Below the pieces are notes generated by a model that was not told where the DNA came from, did no database searches, and worked only from the letters and a program-made list of their open reading frames with translations. DNA of 64,000 nucleotides from Pelomyxa schiedti. Lineage: Eukaryota > Protista > Evosea. This document shows positions 11,397 through 23,500 of this stretch, one piece after another (the stretch's first letter is position 1; each line of letters starts with the position of its first letter). The stretch is taken from the NCBI GenBank assembly GCA_020536535.1, contig JAHLWZ010000672.1:62001-126000 (forward strand), read 5' to 3'. The position numbers were made by a program, and so were the translations under genes.

Positions 11397-11969
11397 CTAG
11401 CTTGTTTCCTTGAAATAACGTTTCGCAAAAGGAAGAGTCTTATGTCCGTTGGTGTGCGTCACACGTGGAACAACACAGCTGTGGAATAGAGGAGCTCGTA
11501 TTAAATCACTGCTTTTCTTTTTCTTACTCGTCCGCTTCTTGCGAGTTGATCTCTTTTGAATTGGAAACGTGCGGGGTGGTATCCGTTGCGGTTTTAAGTA
11601 GCCTAGCAAATGCTGATGTGTCTCTGAGAATGCAGGGTGGATGTAGGATCCTCGAGATCTTTATTTTTGTCTCCGGTGTGTTATACCACCAGTGACTTAC
11701 ACAACGATACCGCTGTCCTGCAATCTTTTTTTGTAAGCTATGACAATGCCAGTAGACGCCAGACCAGACTTGAGCATTGTACATCTGGCATTGGCATTTG
11801 GCATTTGGCATTTGGCATTTGGCATTTGGCATTTGGCATTTGGCATTTGGCATACTGAGTGGAACCCCTGCTCTTCGTTGCCGCAATTTTCGCACTTTAG
11901 AAGTATATCATTGTATTTAACACCATTGTAGTCAGTCAAAAGTACAAAACAAAGAAATATCTGTGGCAC
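11397..11969 (-). pseudogene. Small spliced gene or pseudogene with degenerate ZZ-type zinc-finger remnants
   Basis: Three phase-consistent GT-AG introns join ...LKCENCGNEEQGFHS|MYNAQVWSGVYWHCHSLQKKIAGQRYRC|ISRILHPPC...EAD|DCVVPR...KETS*. There is no clean start; an in-frame TGA lies upstream at about 12010. Confidence 0.4.
11786..11853. repeat. Heptamer tandem repeat (TGGCATT)n, 10 GGCAT cores
   Basis: Directly visible; 7-nt period, with the first unit 1 nt short. Confidence 0.95.
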
Positions 11970-12070
11970 GCTAGAGAGAGCCCAGATCTCCGTTACAGAC
12001 GTTGTCAGTCAAATCTTTAAAAATTTCTTGTTGGACTCAGATCTGAAGGGAGAATATTGGCCTTGTTGAA

Positions 12071-14243
12071 ATGACATCTCCTCTCACCCTATTTACAAAT
12101 GCAACTACAAGCAGCTGCGGCACCTGGTATTTCTTCGTAACTGCATAAAGAACTTGAAATTCTTACCAATAAAAAAGGAAGGAAAGTGCAGCGTCCCACA
12201 CCCCTGATCATATTCCGTCGTCTCAGCCAACCACGCAACATGTTATCAATGATGAAGTGGATTCGTCACAACATCCATTCCACTACACTACACACCAACC
12301 GGACCCATCATCAATAGCCTTTGTCACTATTTCCAGTACACCACAAATACATGAGTATAACCGCTACGGTGGCTCGTTGTGTTACGTCCCTAGTCTTACT
12401 TATGCACCACCAGTTCAACAAACAGAAGATCAAAACCACAATTTTGTTGCCCCCTCTCACACAGCTGCAACTGCGGCAGCAGTTGCTTCTTATGGCATTC
12501 CAAAAGTGGTACATGAACGGAATTCTGACGAACACCAACCAATGCCGGCTGGAGCCTACATTGTGCGTGGACTAGAGCAAATTCCTTTCAATAAGAAGGC
12601 AATCGTTTTGGCTTTCAAGCCATTTGACGTGTAAGTAAAGATTCCCCCGCCAAAGAAAAACATCCCCCCTCCCAGTCACAATTAAAAAAATGACAAAAAC
12701 CAGGTGCAAAGTTTTTAAGAGAAGGCCCATACTCGTAAAGTTCCAGACGTGTGCCGTAGCAAAACTGGCCTTGGCTCAAAAAAAATTTATGTATATGGCT
12801 ACCACAAAAAACGGACCAGTCACGCAGGCCATTACACTGGAAGCTGCTCCTGCTGCTCAAATCAAAGGCAAGGGGGAAAAAAAGAGTGGCGAGCATACTG
12901 GAATACCACAGAGAATACCTGAGGGCATGGAAATCAGAGTAGGCGATATCACTGTAAATACAAATGAGTGCCTAGGCCGTGGCTCCCGTAGTACTGTATA
13001 TAAAGGTGAATCAAACTTCAATATGCCCCCCATTAACTACAAAAAAAGGAACGTTGTGGGGCACTCCAGTGGCGGTAAAGGTTTTAAGTGCTTCCTCAAG
13101 TTACACCTTAAATGAAATCCGCTTATTGACGTGTGTTTATCTGTTTTTTTTTTGTTTTTTACAAAACCAAACTGCAGGACCCTCAGACATCCAGATATTC
13201 TGCTGTTTTTTGGTACAATTATTATGTTGACTGTTGATCTCTCCTGACCTGAAAACCCATCATCAACAATCCTCACCCTAGGTGTGTGTTTTAATCCCTG
13301 TCCAATGCTGGTCTTTGAGTTGCTTCAGTGTGATCTGAACCAACTTCTGCACGAGGCTGACACCCTGCCCGAGATTATGAGAAGCCTCCTGCCAATTCCA
13401 TACATGATTAAACTTAAGATTTCCATTTCTGTGGTGCGCCGGCAGGAAATGAATGCATCAATTTCCCTCTCCTCTTACCATCAACCATTAGGCACGTGCA
13501 GTCTTGTATTTGCATTACTATGTCTTCGTTGTACACAGGTAAGTGTATATTTACTTTCCCACCACACTTCCCTCCTGCACTTATCCCATTTTTAGAGACA
13601 TTAAACCGCAAAATATACTGATTGATGAACGTGGGAATGCCAAGGTTGTTGACTTATATTCGCAACTGTATTTGATCTCATCAGAGTTTTGTGGCAGTTG
13701 GGAGATATGGGATCATGCAGGCGCTATGATCACGCGACGAAAAGCATTTCCCCTACCGAAAAGCCGGAGGGCACATGTATAGCAGTCCACTTTACATTAT
13801 TATTGTTGCTCACAATGCCCCCCAGTAGCTTACCTTGCCCCGGAGTTGTTGCAGGAGACCAGCACGGCTTCCACACAGGCGGACGTGTATGTACAAACAC
13901 AACCAAAATTGAGACTCTAACTAACTTTGGTCTCAGTTTTGCCTTCGGGGTGACATTGTGGGAGCTGTTTTATGAAACGATTCCGTTTGGGGATATTGCC
14001 ACCACGAACATCAAAGCCAGTATCATCAGGGGAGCTCACCCGCGAGCAGCGACCGTGCCACCACAGTTCCCTGGTGGATTCCTCGCTGCCCTGGAACAGA
14101 TTATCTCTTTGTGTTGGCTTCCGATTCCAAATCAGGTATGATCATGAGCAGATATCACCACTGAATTAACTCGTCATGTGCAGAGACCGGACATAGGAGT
14201 AGTGATTGACAGATTGACAGAGCTAATGTATCTCATTTATTGA
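12071..14243 (+). CDS. Tyrosine-kinase-like (TKL) protein kinase with an upstream RRM-like domain, multi-exon
   Basis: LGRGSRSTVYK|GTLWGTPVAVK, LRHPDILLF, VVH|RDIKPQNIL, LGDMG, YLAPE, ADVY|FAFGVTLWEL and CW...|RP. The start codon is uncertain. Confidence 0.85.
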
Positions 14244-14619
14244 CTTCTATTTTCAACTACAAACAAACCATCATACAAAACAGGATGGAAGTGTCCCAGC
14301 AGCAACCAAGCCACACAACCAGTAGCACTTCCACGAGCAAATACGGCTCCTACTAGCCACACCCACCGCAACAAAAACTCTAAACAAAAAGCTGTGCATG
14401 ATTCTTCCGTATTGTGGATTGGTGTAAAAAAGAGACTCTTGGCCTTGGGGTGTTTTTTGTTGAATTTATTGGAAGGGGTTTCCGTGCTCGAGGGTGGTCG
14501 CTGATTACGGCCTTTCAGTATCGAACAGACACCAACCGTATCTAGCCAAATATGTCACGTATACGAGGTGTTTCCAAACAATACATCAGCACCAAGCACC
14601 AGTTTCGCAAGGATTATAC

Positions 14620-14950
14620 CGCCTTGCCTTGCTCCAAATGGAGGCAATTAATAATACTTTTTCCCCCGCCTGGAATATCAGGTTTGCAACAACCAAAGAA
14701 TATATCCCAACTCAACTCCCACCACCAAAAAATGGCACCAAAACTACCACCACCAAATGCGCCTTGCCTTGCCTTGCCTTGCTCCAAATGGCTCCCAAAT
14801 GCACCCACCACAACACTCCCACCCACTGCTGACACACTCCAAATGCTCCTCCAAATGCGCCTTGCCTTGCTCCAAATGCTCCCACACTGCTGCATCCACC
14901 AACTCCAAATGCTGCACCCCGCACTCCAAATGCTGCACTCTGCACACTCA
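14620..14950 (+). repeat. Degenerate minisatellite built from CCAAATG and GCCTT units
   Basis: Nine CCAAATG copies and three GCCTTGCCTTGCTCCAAATG blocks in about 330 bp. Confidence 0.85.
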
Positions 14951-16449
14951 AATTCCGCTCCTATCTATATGTATGTTTCCGTTAATAATGCTCAAGTAAA
15001 GTAAAGTAGCGTGGTTAATATAATTGACTCTGATAGCAGGCACTTAGCCTCGCCTCTCTGTGCAATAGAGAGGTGGCTTGTAGGGGAACCTCTTCACCCT
15101 CACAAAAACCCAAAATTTTCGTTTTTGGGAAATTCCCAAACAATTTTGGGTAAATTGAGGAACCAACTTGGAGCGACAAGCTAACAACCACCAGTCGCTT
15201 TCCTCAGGAAAAGTTGGTTTTGGACGCGGAGAGCGCGTTGATGTGCAAAACTTTCGAAGCGTACTCCGCATTATTGCCGCCAGTTGCACATTAGAAAAGG
15301 GGAATGACGTGGAGCAAAGGGGAAGTGTGCAATGTGGTGGTGGAGAAGACCTTTAGCGCAATCTTGTTGTGCATCACAGGGAATTGAAGGGTGCCGATAT
15401 CAACACTGCTGCTGATGGAAGCACAGGAACAACTTTGTTGAGGTGATTGCGTTGGCTGTGTAGTGGAATTATAATGATATTTGGTTGCAGTGGTGCTGAT
15501 GATGGCTGCTGCTGGTGGTTGTTGTGGTCCGCACGGAGATACCCGGGATTTGTCTACACCAGTGATGGCCATGAGGTTCCCATTCATCCGTGCATCCACA
15601 ATGATAGGCATTGGCTGACCATGAAAGTGAACCACAACGGTCGTTGGTGGTTGTTGCTGTTGGAGTTGTACGCAAGTGCTGTCAGTTCGGCACTGCTGGT
15701 GTGCATCTATAAAAGGAACACAACACATCCGGTGTTAATGGTGATATGAGTGTGCGGGGATAGTAATGATGGTCACGTGTCAACATACAACCAAACTGGC
15801 AAGTGCCTTCCAGTGAATCCGTGGAGGGGACAAAGTGGAAAACCCCTTGGCAGAGTTGATCAGAGAGCCAACTGAGTTGAAAATATCTGTGTCAGGAGGT
15901 AAATGATACATGCAGGGAAAAAAAACACTTGAGGGGGAGAAGAAAATTCCTTCCCGCACCCATAATGCTCGCATTGGATCAAGACAGTCCGCGCGGAGTC
16001 TTCGGAAATGACTTTTCTGGGAAGGCTCTGTAGTGGTTTGTTATGATTTATGATTACGATTCATCAACATAGAACTTTGGCGCCAGCGAAGTTGAGTGCT
16101 CCCCTCCATCCACAAGCTTTGCTCATTTCAGCTAAGCTTCTCTCCCACTCTAGAATGCAGTTTCCCCATTCTATGCATTATAGGCAATGTAAAAGATTTT
16201 GGTCAGGGCAAGCATTGGTCTCCATTGGGGTCCATACCAATCTGCAGCAGTGAGAGGGGAGAATACAAATTCAGTCCAACAATGCTGGACTCTGCGCAGA
16301 CTGCATGAGGTCCTGTAATTAAGGTCTCAGATTGGTTTAAACAAGTGGAGGGAGATATATACCGATTTGGTACAGAGGGGTTGTTGCATTCGCGATTGTG
16401 TGTGAGACAGTGTATTTCATCGGAGACGAGAAAGAAAATCTAGAAGGCG

Positions 16450-17303
16450 CTTTAACTTCCAATTGACAAAGCCGAATTGTGAAGAAGACCTTGTCACCTT
16501 ACAATTTTGGTGGCTCTCAACTCCTTTGAGCACTCAAGGAGTTTAATGGCAATCTTCTTAATGCTGTCTACATAAACATACTCTACTGCCAGTAAAGCAG
16601 GCATGGTACCAAGAGGTAAAATTAGCCGCTGTAGTAAACACATCAATGGAAACCTACAGTCAGGATGTTGCCATGTAGTACCTCTTCAGAATCAAAAGAG
16701 AACACATTTGGAATTGCCGAAACGCGTTGTTTGAGGAGTGGGTAGTCCACAGCCCTTCCTGCACTGAGGCATACAACTGAGTTTGTATGAGTTGGTGACT
16801 TAGAAAAAAAAAAAAAAGGACCTGCTGGCTGAGTATGCTGTGAAGAACTCTTGACAACATTTATGGTGAACAACTAGACTCAGTGTAGGTACCACAGGGT
16901 ATGCAAGGAGGGATACACAACCTTTTTGAAACAGGGCAGCTCACTCTCCAACAAAAGCAATGAACCAATTTTCTCGTGTGCTAGAATGTCATTGTGATGC
17001 CAAACATCCACCCTCACCTGACAACATGAAGAATTTACCAAAGTCCTCACTCCCAAGTGAGGAAAAAAAGAAACCTCGCCGGGCCCTCCTGTGCCTCCAA
17101 AATTTTCTTCCCACTGTGGGTTGTTGCCCTCCTCATTTCTCGTTCTGACACTCTCTGTGAAAATGGTAAATGACACCATCAACCAATAGCCTTGTAGTGC
17201 AACTGTCATTGAGAGGGAACGATAGAGTCACAAACGAGGAGCTCGTATGGGGTAAATTGCGGCCGTAGTGAACGGTCACTTCGTAAATGTAACAACAACT
17301 CAT
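16450..17303 (-). CDS. C2-domain-containing protein, multi-exon
   Basis: MSCCYIYEVTVHYGRNLP...FVTLSF...VRTRNEEGNNPQWEENF...|VRVDVWHHNDILAHEKIGSL is a C2 signature. The 3' end is approximate. Confidence 0.7.
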
Positions 17304-17355
17304 CAACGAAACAACAGAGGGGGAAAATTGAAGTGTTTTTTTTATTTTTTGAGAT

Positions 17356-19020
17356 TTATTTCCACAACTTCTTGAGTGAAATGTTTGACTCGTGGTCCTT
17401 CTTCATAACCTTTGCAACGGCCATTTCAAAGTCCTCTTGAGTGACGTGCACTCTTCTCTCACGGAGAGCAAACATTCCTCCTTCCGTGCACACAGCCTAA
17501 TAAAGTAGTTTGTGAGTGTTGTTCTTTTGGGTGGATTGAGAGGGGCACCTTAATTTCAGCTCCGGAGGCACCGTGCATGGAATCGGCTATCTTTTTCAGG
17601 TTGATACCACGAGTCAAGTTCATTCTTTTGCTGTGAATGCGGAGGATGTCGAGTCTTGCCTGTTTCACAATGAAAATGCATCTCTGTAGTCTAAGAAAAC
17701 ATACAGCTTCCCCTGGATTGGGAAATTCGATCTTTCTGTCAATTCGACCAGGCCTCAACAGGGCAGGATCGAGGATATCAATTCGATTGGTCGCCATCAG
17801 CACTTTGATGTTCTTTGACGCTTCAAATCCATCCAACTGATTTACAAGCTCCAGCATGGTTCTCTATCACAAAAAGGCATCAAACATTATCCCGATTGGT
17901 ATTGTCTTTGAAGAAAGTACCTGGACTTCACTGTCCCCTCCATGGCTGCCCTCGGAGCGGGTTCCACCAATACTGTCAATCTCATCCATAAATATAATTG
18001 AAGGTGCATGCTCACGGGCCATCACAAACAGTTCTCGAACCATTCTGGATCCCTTTATAAATATTAGAACCGAAAGGACTCTTAAGTATTCGGACCTCTC
18101 CGATGTATTTTTGCACAAGTTCAGAGCCTGAAACACGGATGAATGTGCAATCTGTGTGATGGGCCACTGCTCTGGCCAGAAGTGTCTTTTTGTGTTGTCA
18201 GTGTATTGTTTAGTTAGGTTTTTGAAGTACTTTTCCTGTACCGGGAGGTCCATACAATAAAACTCCCTTGGGTTGAGCAATACCCAAACTCTCAAATAAT
18301 TCTGGGTGCTTGATTGGTAGTTCAATGACTTCCTTCAAGAAACTGAGAAAAAAAGAAACGATAAAGGATTTAACCTTGATTTCTTTGATTTGCTGATCAA
18401 GACCTCCAATCATGTCGTATGTGGAATCTGGAACTTTCTCCACTTTCATGAGGCTTACAAGAGGATCCACCTGGTGGCAACGATTTGTTTCTTTCCTTAG
18501 TTTTTTAAAAAGGTACCTTGTTGGGAAGAATTTTGTGCAGCATGTAAGAGTCGTTTCTGAGTGCCACACGAGTGTTTGGTGTGAGATCCTCCATTTTAAT
18601 GTCTTTGTCAATGTCTACCACATATTTTCCTTCTGTGTTCACCTACGGCAATGAGATTTGACAGTTAGAGGTAATCTACCTTCACTAAGACTTTAGATTT
18701 CCCCATTGATTTAACCACTTCGCCGACGTACGAGCCAGGCTCCTGCAGGAGTCTCAGTTCCTCCCTCAACAAACGAACTGAAAAATGAGATTGGTGTATT
18801 CGAAATACAGGGATACCTTGCGCATTCAACTTATTGCGTTGCGCTTCGAGTCTTTGTAAGTCAAGTGATTTCTCCCGCAACAGAGCAGACAATTCCTCGA
18901 TTTTGTGTTGATAGTAAAGTCTCACTGTGTGCTGTTCCGAAGCCGGCTATAAACGAAGGTGAAAAATAAACGTCGTGTCACGTCGAAATCTGCGGTACTA
19001 CGCACTACGTGGTCCGACAT
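17356..19020 (-). CDS. PSMC5: 26S proteasome regulatory ATPase Rpt6 (subunit 8)
   Basis: [85 protein letters not shown] and C-terminal ISLKKLWK*. Confidence 0.97.
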
Positions 19021-19239
19021 GTGCTACCACCTTGTCACCTGTTTCTTGGTTTTTATTTAATTTTCTTCATCACAACTTTGATCTCAGCTTCAACCCACCA
19101 CCAATTCAGCAAGGCAGGCAATTAGTGCAATTCGTGGCCGTAAACTACTACCATGAGCTGTCGACTACTCTGAGTGCCACAGAGGCTTCCTGTTCGCCGA
19201 ATGATTCGTTGAACAAACTTTTTCTCATGTTAAATAACT

Positions 19240-20901
19240 ATGAGCACAACTACGGAATCTACGCCCACCGAGACGGTAACGGTAACGGCAACTACAACAG
19301 CTGCACCACCAGATCTAGGCCCAAGTGGTGAAAGTAGTGCAGATCTGGGTGCCTCGCACAAGGCTACTACGAGCAGTGCGGCGGCGGTAGTGCCAAAGTC
19401 GCGACCGCGGATCTTGTTGGTCATTGGAGGTTCGGCCAGCGTGCACTGGGATGAAGTGTTTGCAGGTGCCACGTTGCCGTCTGGCGACCCGTGCGTTTCT
19501 CCTTTCTATTCTCCGTCGTTTCGTTGTGCACACTTTTCCCCTAATTTTAATTCCCGCAGGGTGCAAGTTGAGTGGGCACCGTGGGAGGAAATAACTCTGG
19601 TTTCTTATGGGGACTCTAACAGTGTGCTTGTTACAACTCGCAATAACAAAGGCTTCTCCCCAGATTTTCTCTTGGTCCGTAGTGCTGCTCGAGGTTCCAC
19701 CTTTTTCCCCTTTGATTTTTTTTACCTGTGTCTTAGGAATTCACGGCCAGGACTACCGGAATTTGTTATACGGATTCGCTTTTGTGGGGGTTCCTTCCAT
19801 AAACTCCCTTGAATCGCTGTACTGGTGAGTCCCTTTTAAATCGTTTAGTCCTGATGTTCTCAGGTGCCAAGAGAAGCCTCTCATTTACAGTAAAATGCTG
19901 AAATTGAAGAAGAAACTTGGGGCAACAAACTTCCCTCTCATAGGTTTGTCATACTTTCTCCACAGTTTCTAATTGTACTTAACAGAGCAAACTTACTATC
20001 CCTCGTGGAAATCGATGTCTTTTACTCCCTGTTTCCCTCTTGTGGCTAAGCTTGGTACAATTCACGCCGGTTTTGGAAAGGTTTGCAGGGTTTCCCTTTT
20101 TTTTCCCTCATCAACGCTAGATGAAAATAAATTCCCAAACTGAATTCAATGACCTCTCCAGTATCATTGCGTGCCAGGAAAAATATGTTACAGCAGAACC
20201 ATTCATTACATGGGATTATGACTTCCGTTTGCAGAAAATTGGGCCACACTATAGAAGTTTCAGGCGCAGGTTAGCATTTCCATTTAACCTCAAATATTAA
20301 CGTTTTGGAGGTCCGACAACTGGAAAGGAAGAGGACTTGGTTCCCGAGATGAAGATGTGGAACTCAGCGAAAAGCATAAGATGTGGTTAGAGCAAGTATC
20401 AGCAGCTATGGGCATGGATGTATATACAGAGTCTTCCCGTTCTTGGAAATAATGTTTAGTAGATTCTGTCAATTGACGGAGTACACTCTGCTGCCGACGA
20501 TCATGAATGGGTAAAGAGATTTTCCTATCAAGTTACGTGACACCATGCTCAGATCATTGAAATCAACGACTCTGCTATTGGGCTCGTTGAACGTCACCTT
20601 GAAGAGGATTTGCGGCATGTAAGGGAGCTTATACTTGTCAAAATGGCTTCTGCCCTCACAGAGAGTGCCCCAGCAACCACCGGCCTTGACCCAGACTCTG
20701 TTTCTGAACTGAAAAGGAGACTTGCTGAGAGCCAGGACCAAGTTCGCGCTCTGCAGCAACAGGTAGTGCTGTTACGCTTTGACTTCCTTTACTCATCCCA
20801 TAAAGGTGCACGACCTACAAAGGGCACATGCACCAAGCAAAACTGCTCCCCCAACCCCAGACAAGAAGGGAGGTGGGTTATTGGGTTGGCTCAACTTATA
20901 A
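19240..20901 (+). CDS. Synapsin-like ATP-grasp protein
   Basis: PDFLLVR, DYRNLLYGFAFVGVPSINSLESLY, FPLI|EQTYYP, FPLVAKLGTIHAGFGK, YVTAEPFITWDYDFRLQKIG, NWKG and IIEINDS correspond to synapsin C-domain motifs; a C-terminal coiled-coil follows. Confidence 0.88.
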
Positions 20902-20980
20902 TGTTTGTTGTGAAATGCAAAAAAGAATCCTCAAATTTTTATTGGTGCTTTGTTCCTCTATTCACAGGGAAAATTTTACA

Positions 20981-23376
20981 TCAACTGAAGAAGCTCTTCA
21001 CCATTGTCTTGCCTGGTAGTGACAAAAGATCAGCAAATGACCTGCTGCGTGTGCGTGTGAGCACACCTTTTTTGGTGGTGTTGTCGGGTGTTGTGATTGC
21101 GGGACTGGAAGTTGTGGTGGACGTGGAGGATGCAGATAGCGGACTGGAAGGAGGTGTGGTGGATGCTGAGAGCCGGCTGGGGGGTGTGGTTACAATGATG
21201 CTTGGGGTGCTGACTTCAGTAGAAGAGTGGAGAGAGGAGGGGCAGTAGAACTCCTCTGTACGGCGGGGAGGGGTGCTTGGGGGTGACAGACCACTGGCAT
21301 CGCTTGGGGATGAGTGGTGGTGTGTGCTGGGCCTGTGGACAGTGGATTTGGAGTGCCTGTGTGAATGTGCGTGGGAGTGCATGTGGTTGTGCAGGTGCGA
21401 AGCATCTTGTGTGGGTGTCAAAATGGCTGAGCTGCTGAGCTCGGAAATGGAAAGTCTGGATCTGGGTTCTAAAGCAGGAGGGCGCAGGTCAACTTTGCTC
21501 TGTTCTGTTTGTTTGTCAAGCAGAGACTCAGCCTGTACAGCTTTCTCCTTTGCTTTTACGGCGTTAACAAGAGCCAGGGTGCTTGAAGTTATTGCTGCAG
21601 CCGCTCCTGCCGCTGCAGCCTCCGCAAACGCATTTGCGTGTTGTGTGTGAGTTACAGATTTATTTCTGTAATGGTGAGCTCTGGCTGACTTGTGGGCGGC
21701 CTTGGTCACATCTGGTGATCGGGATGGTGACGTTTGAAATGGTGTTACAGAGAGGGATGTCACTGAAGTTTCGGTGGAAGAGGAAGAGGAAGAATCTGCT
21801 ACAATGTTTGTGCCTGTGGAAGTTGTTGTAGAAGTTGACGTGGAGCTGTGTTCTGGAGTTGATGTGGAGCTGGTTGTTGGAGTCGGTGTGGAGGTAGAAG
21901 TAGGTGTGGGTGTAGAACTGTCAAGGCAGGGTAATGGGGGTGTCAAAGCCATCTGAGATTATTTATTAGCCATTAAATGCTAAGGAATGGTTTTACCGAT
22001 GTAGGATTGGCAAAGGCGTTTGATAGGCTGTCTTTTAAATGAGAGAGGGAAGAGGAAAAAGACAAACACTGGAATTGTATACCTTCTATTTCGCCAAGTT
22101 CGAGATTGCTACGATGTCATAAGAAATGATTTTTGGTAGAGGAAAAAAAAACCGATTTTCTTTGAACTCCAGAGTAAAGGTCCTTCAGAGACTGCCGCCA
22201 TTCATCCTTTTATAGACTTTTATTTTTTTTTGTAAACAAGTTGTTATAAAAGGAAATACATCTTGTGGGTCCGCTCCACAAATCTCAGCAAGTCTCACTA
22301 CACCGTCGTCATGATTACTTACGTCAGCACTCAGTAAATGCTTTGCATCACTTAATACTTGATCAGCAGAGGGAGGGCAAACAGTTGGGTCCTACGGGAA
22401 GTTAGCCTACCCTGCTGTGTCACTTGATACCTTGAAAAGCTCCTGATTATTTTCAATCAAGAAAGTCAACAAGTCTTTAGCCTGATCCACAGCTTGTTGA
22501 ATCTTGTTGATGTCTAACTGAGGCTCAGCCCTAAGAATTGCTGGCCCTACACATGTCCCAAGGTTGACTGGAGTCTGGCAACGTAATGAATTTGAATACA
22601 TTTAAAGGTGCACACTACCATTAAGTTAATTGAGGTGTCAAGGGATATTTTTTCCAGTGTTTGGAGGATTCTGCGAAGAACCGCAAAATTTCCTGGAGGA
22701 AGTTTTTTGATGAGTTTATTCATTTTTGATATCTTTGATTCTCTGTCTTCTATCACTAAGGGAGGGTGAGTGTTGAAATAAGAAGTATGTAACAACATAA
22801 AGCAGCAGCAAATTCTCCTTGAAGTGAAGAAGTTAAAATACTGTCTGGTAAGTCACGTAGAAATGTACAAAGTAGGGATGCAACTTCATAGTCTGAAACG
22901 TGGTCCCCATCCACGTACATATCCTTTGAGATAACTGAAGTTTATAATATTAGAACTTTGGTTCCCCAATGATCTCGCCAAGGAAATCATACTTTGAAGT
23001 TGTGGATGCCCTTGGATGTACAAATTTTTCAATTTAGTTGTGAGTGCAGAATTTCCAGGCACTCTAAATATTCCTTTACACTTAGGTCCTAAATTGAGAA
23101 TTGGCATTAAGAAGCACAACATTGTTTTCTACCTCGTTCATCAAGCCACGCGCAACAATGAGTCACAACCAAAGGCACCCTTGGATCCTTGGGTAACCCC
23201 CAACTGCAAACAAAACAACAACAAAAAAAAAAACGTCAACCTACAAGGGGAAAAAAAAAAAGGTGGAAAAAACCAAGCAACTTGGGTCTGTCTCTGTGGT
23301 CCCTGTGACGACAAGTTAACGAACCGTAAACACAACATAACACAAGAAAGATGCGAACCAATACGATCCGTTTCAT
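20981..23376 (-). CDS. RhoGAP-domain protein with a long S/T/H-rich C-terminal tail
   Basis: VPLVVTHCCAWLDER|GPKCKGIFRVPG (arginine finger), VASLLCTFLRDLPDSIL, KLPPGNFAVLRRIL and NLM|TPVNLGTCVGPAIL. The 5' exons are unresolved. Confidence 0.85.
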
Positions 23377-23500
23377 TTGAAATGGTATTTTTTTCTGTTT
23401 ATTCTGTTTATTCTTCCTTGGTTTTTCCTTCCGGTATTGGCGATCTGCCAAATCAAATGATGATTTCGAATCCGTTTTTTTTTTCTTTTTAGTGGTCTAA

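Noticed and set aside
11786-11853. (TTTGGCA)n as an interstitial telomere or CRISPR array
   Set aside because: There are no spacers or cas genes and the context is eukaryotic. The unit lacks a GGG run, and nothing here shows it is the telomeric repeat.
12009-12011. In-frame TGA upstream of the ZZ-like relic as selenocysteine or readthrough
   Set aside because: No Cys-aligned context or SECIS was seen, and TGA is a normal stop in well-supported genes here (ProRS, RPB6).
15052-15074. Hairpin CCTCTCT-N7-AGAGAGG as a Helitron 3' end
   Set aside because: There is no correctly placed CTRR followed by T, and no Rep/helicase remnant.
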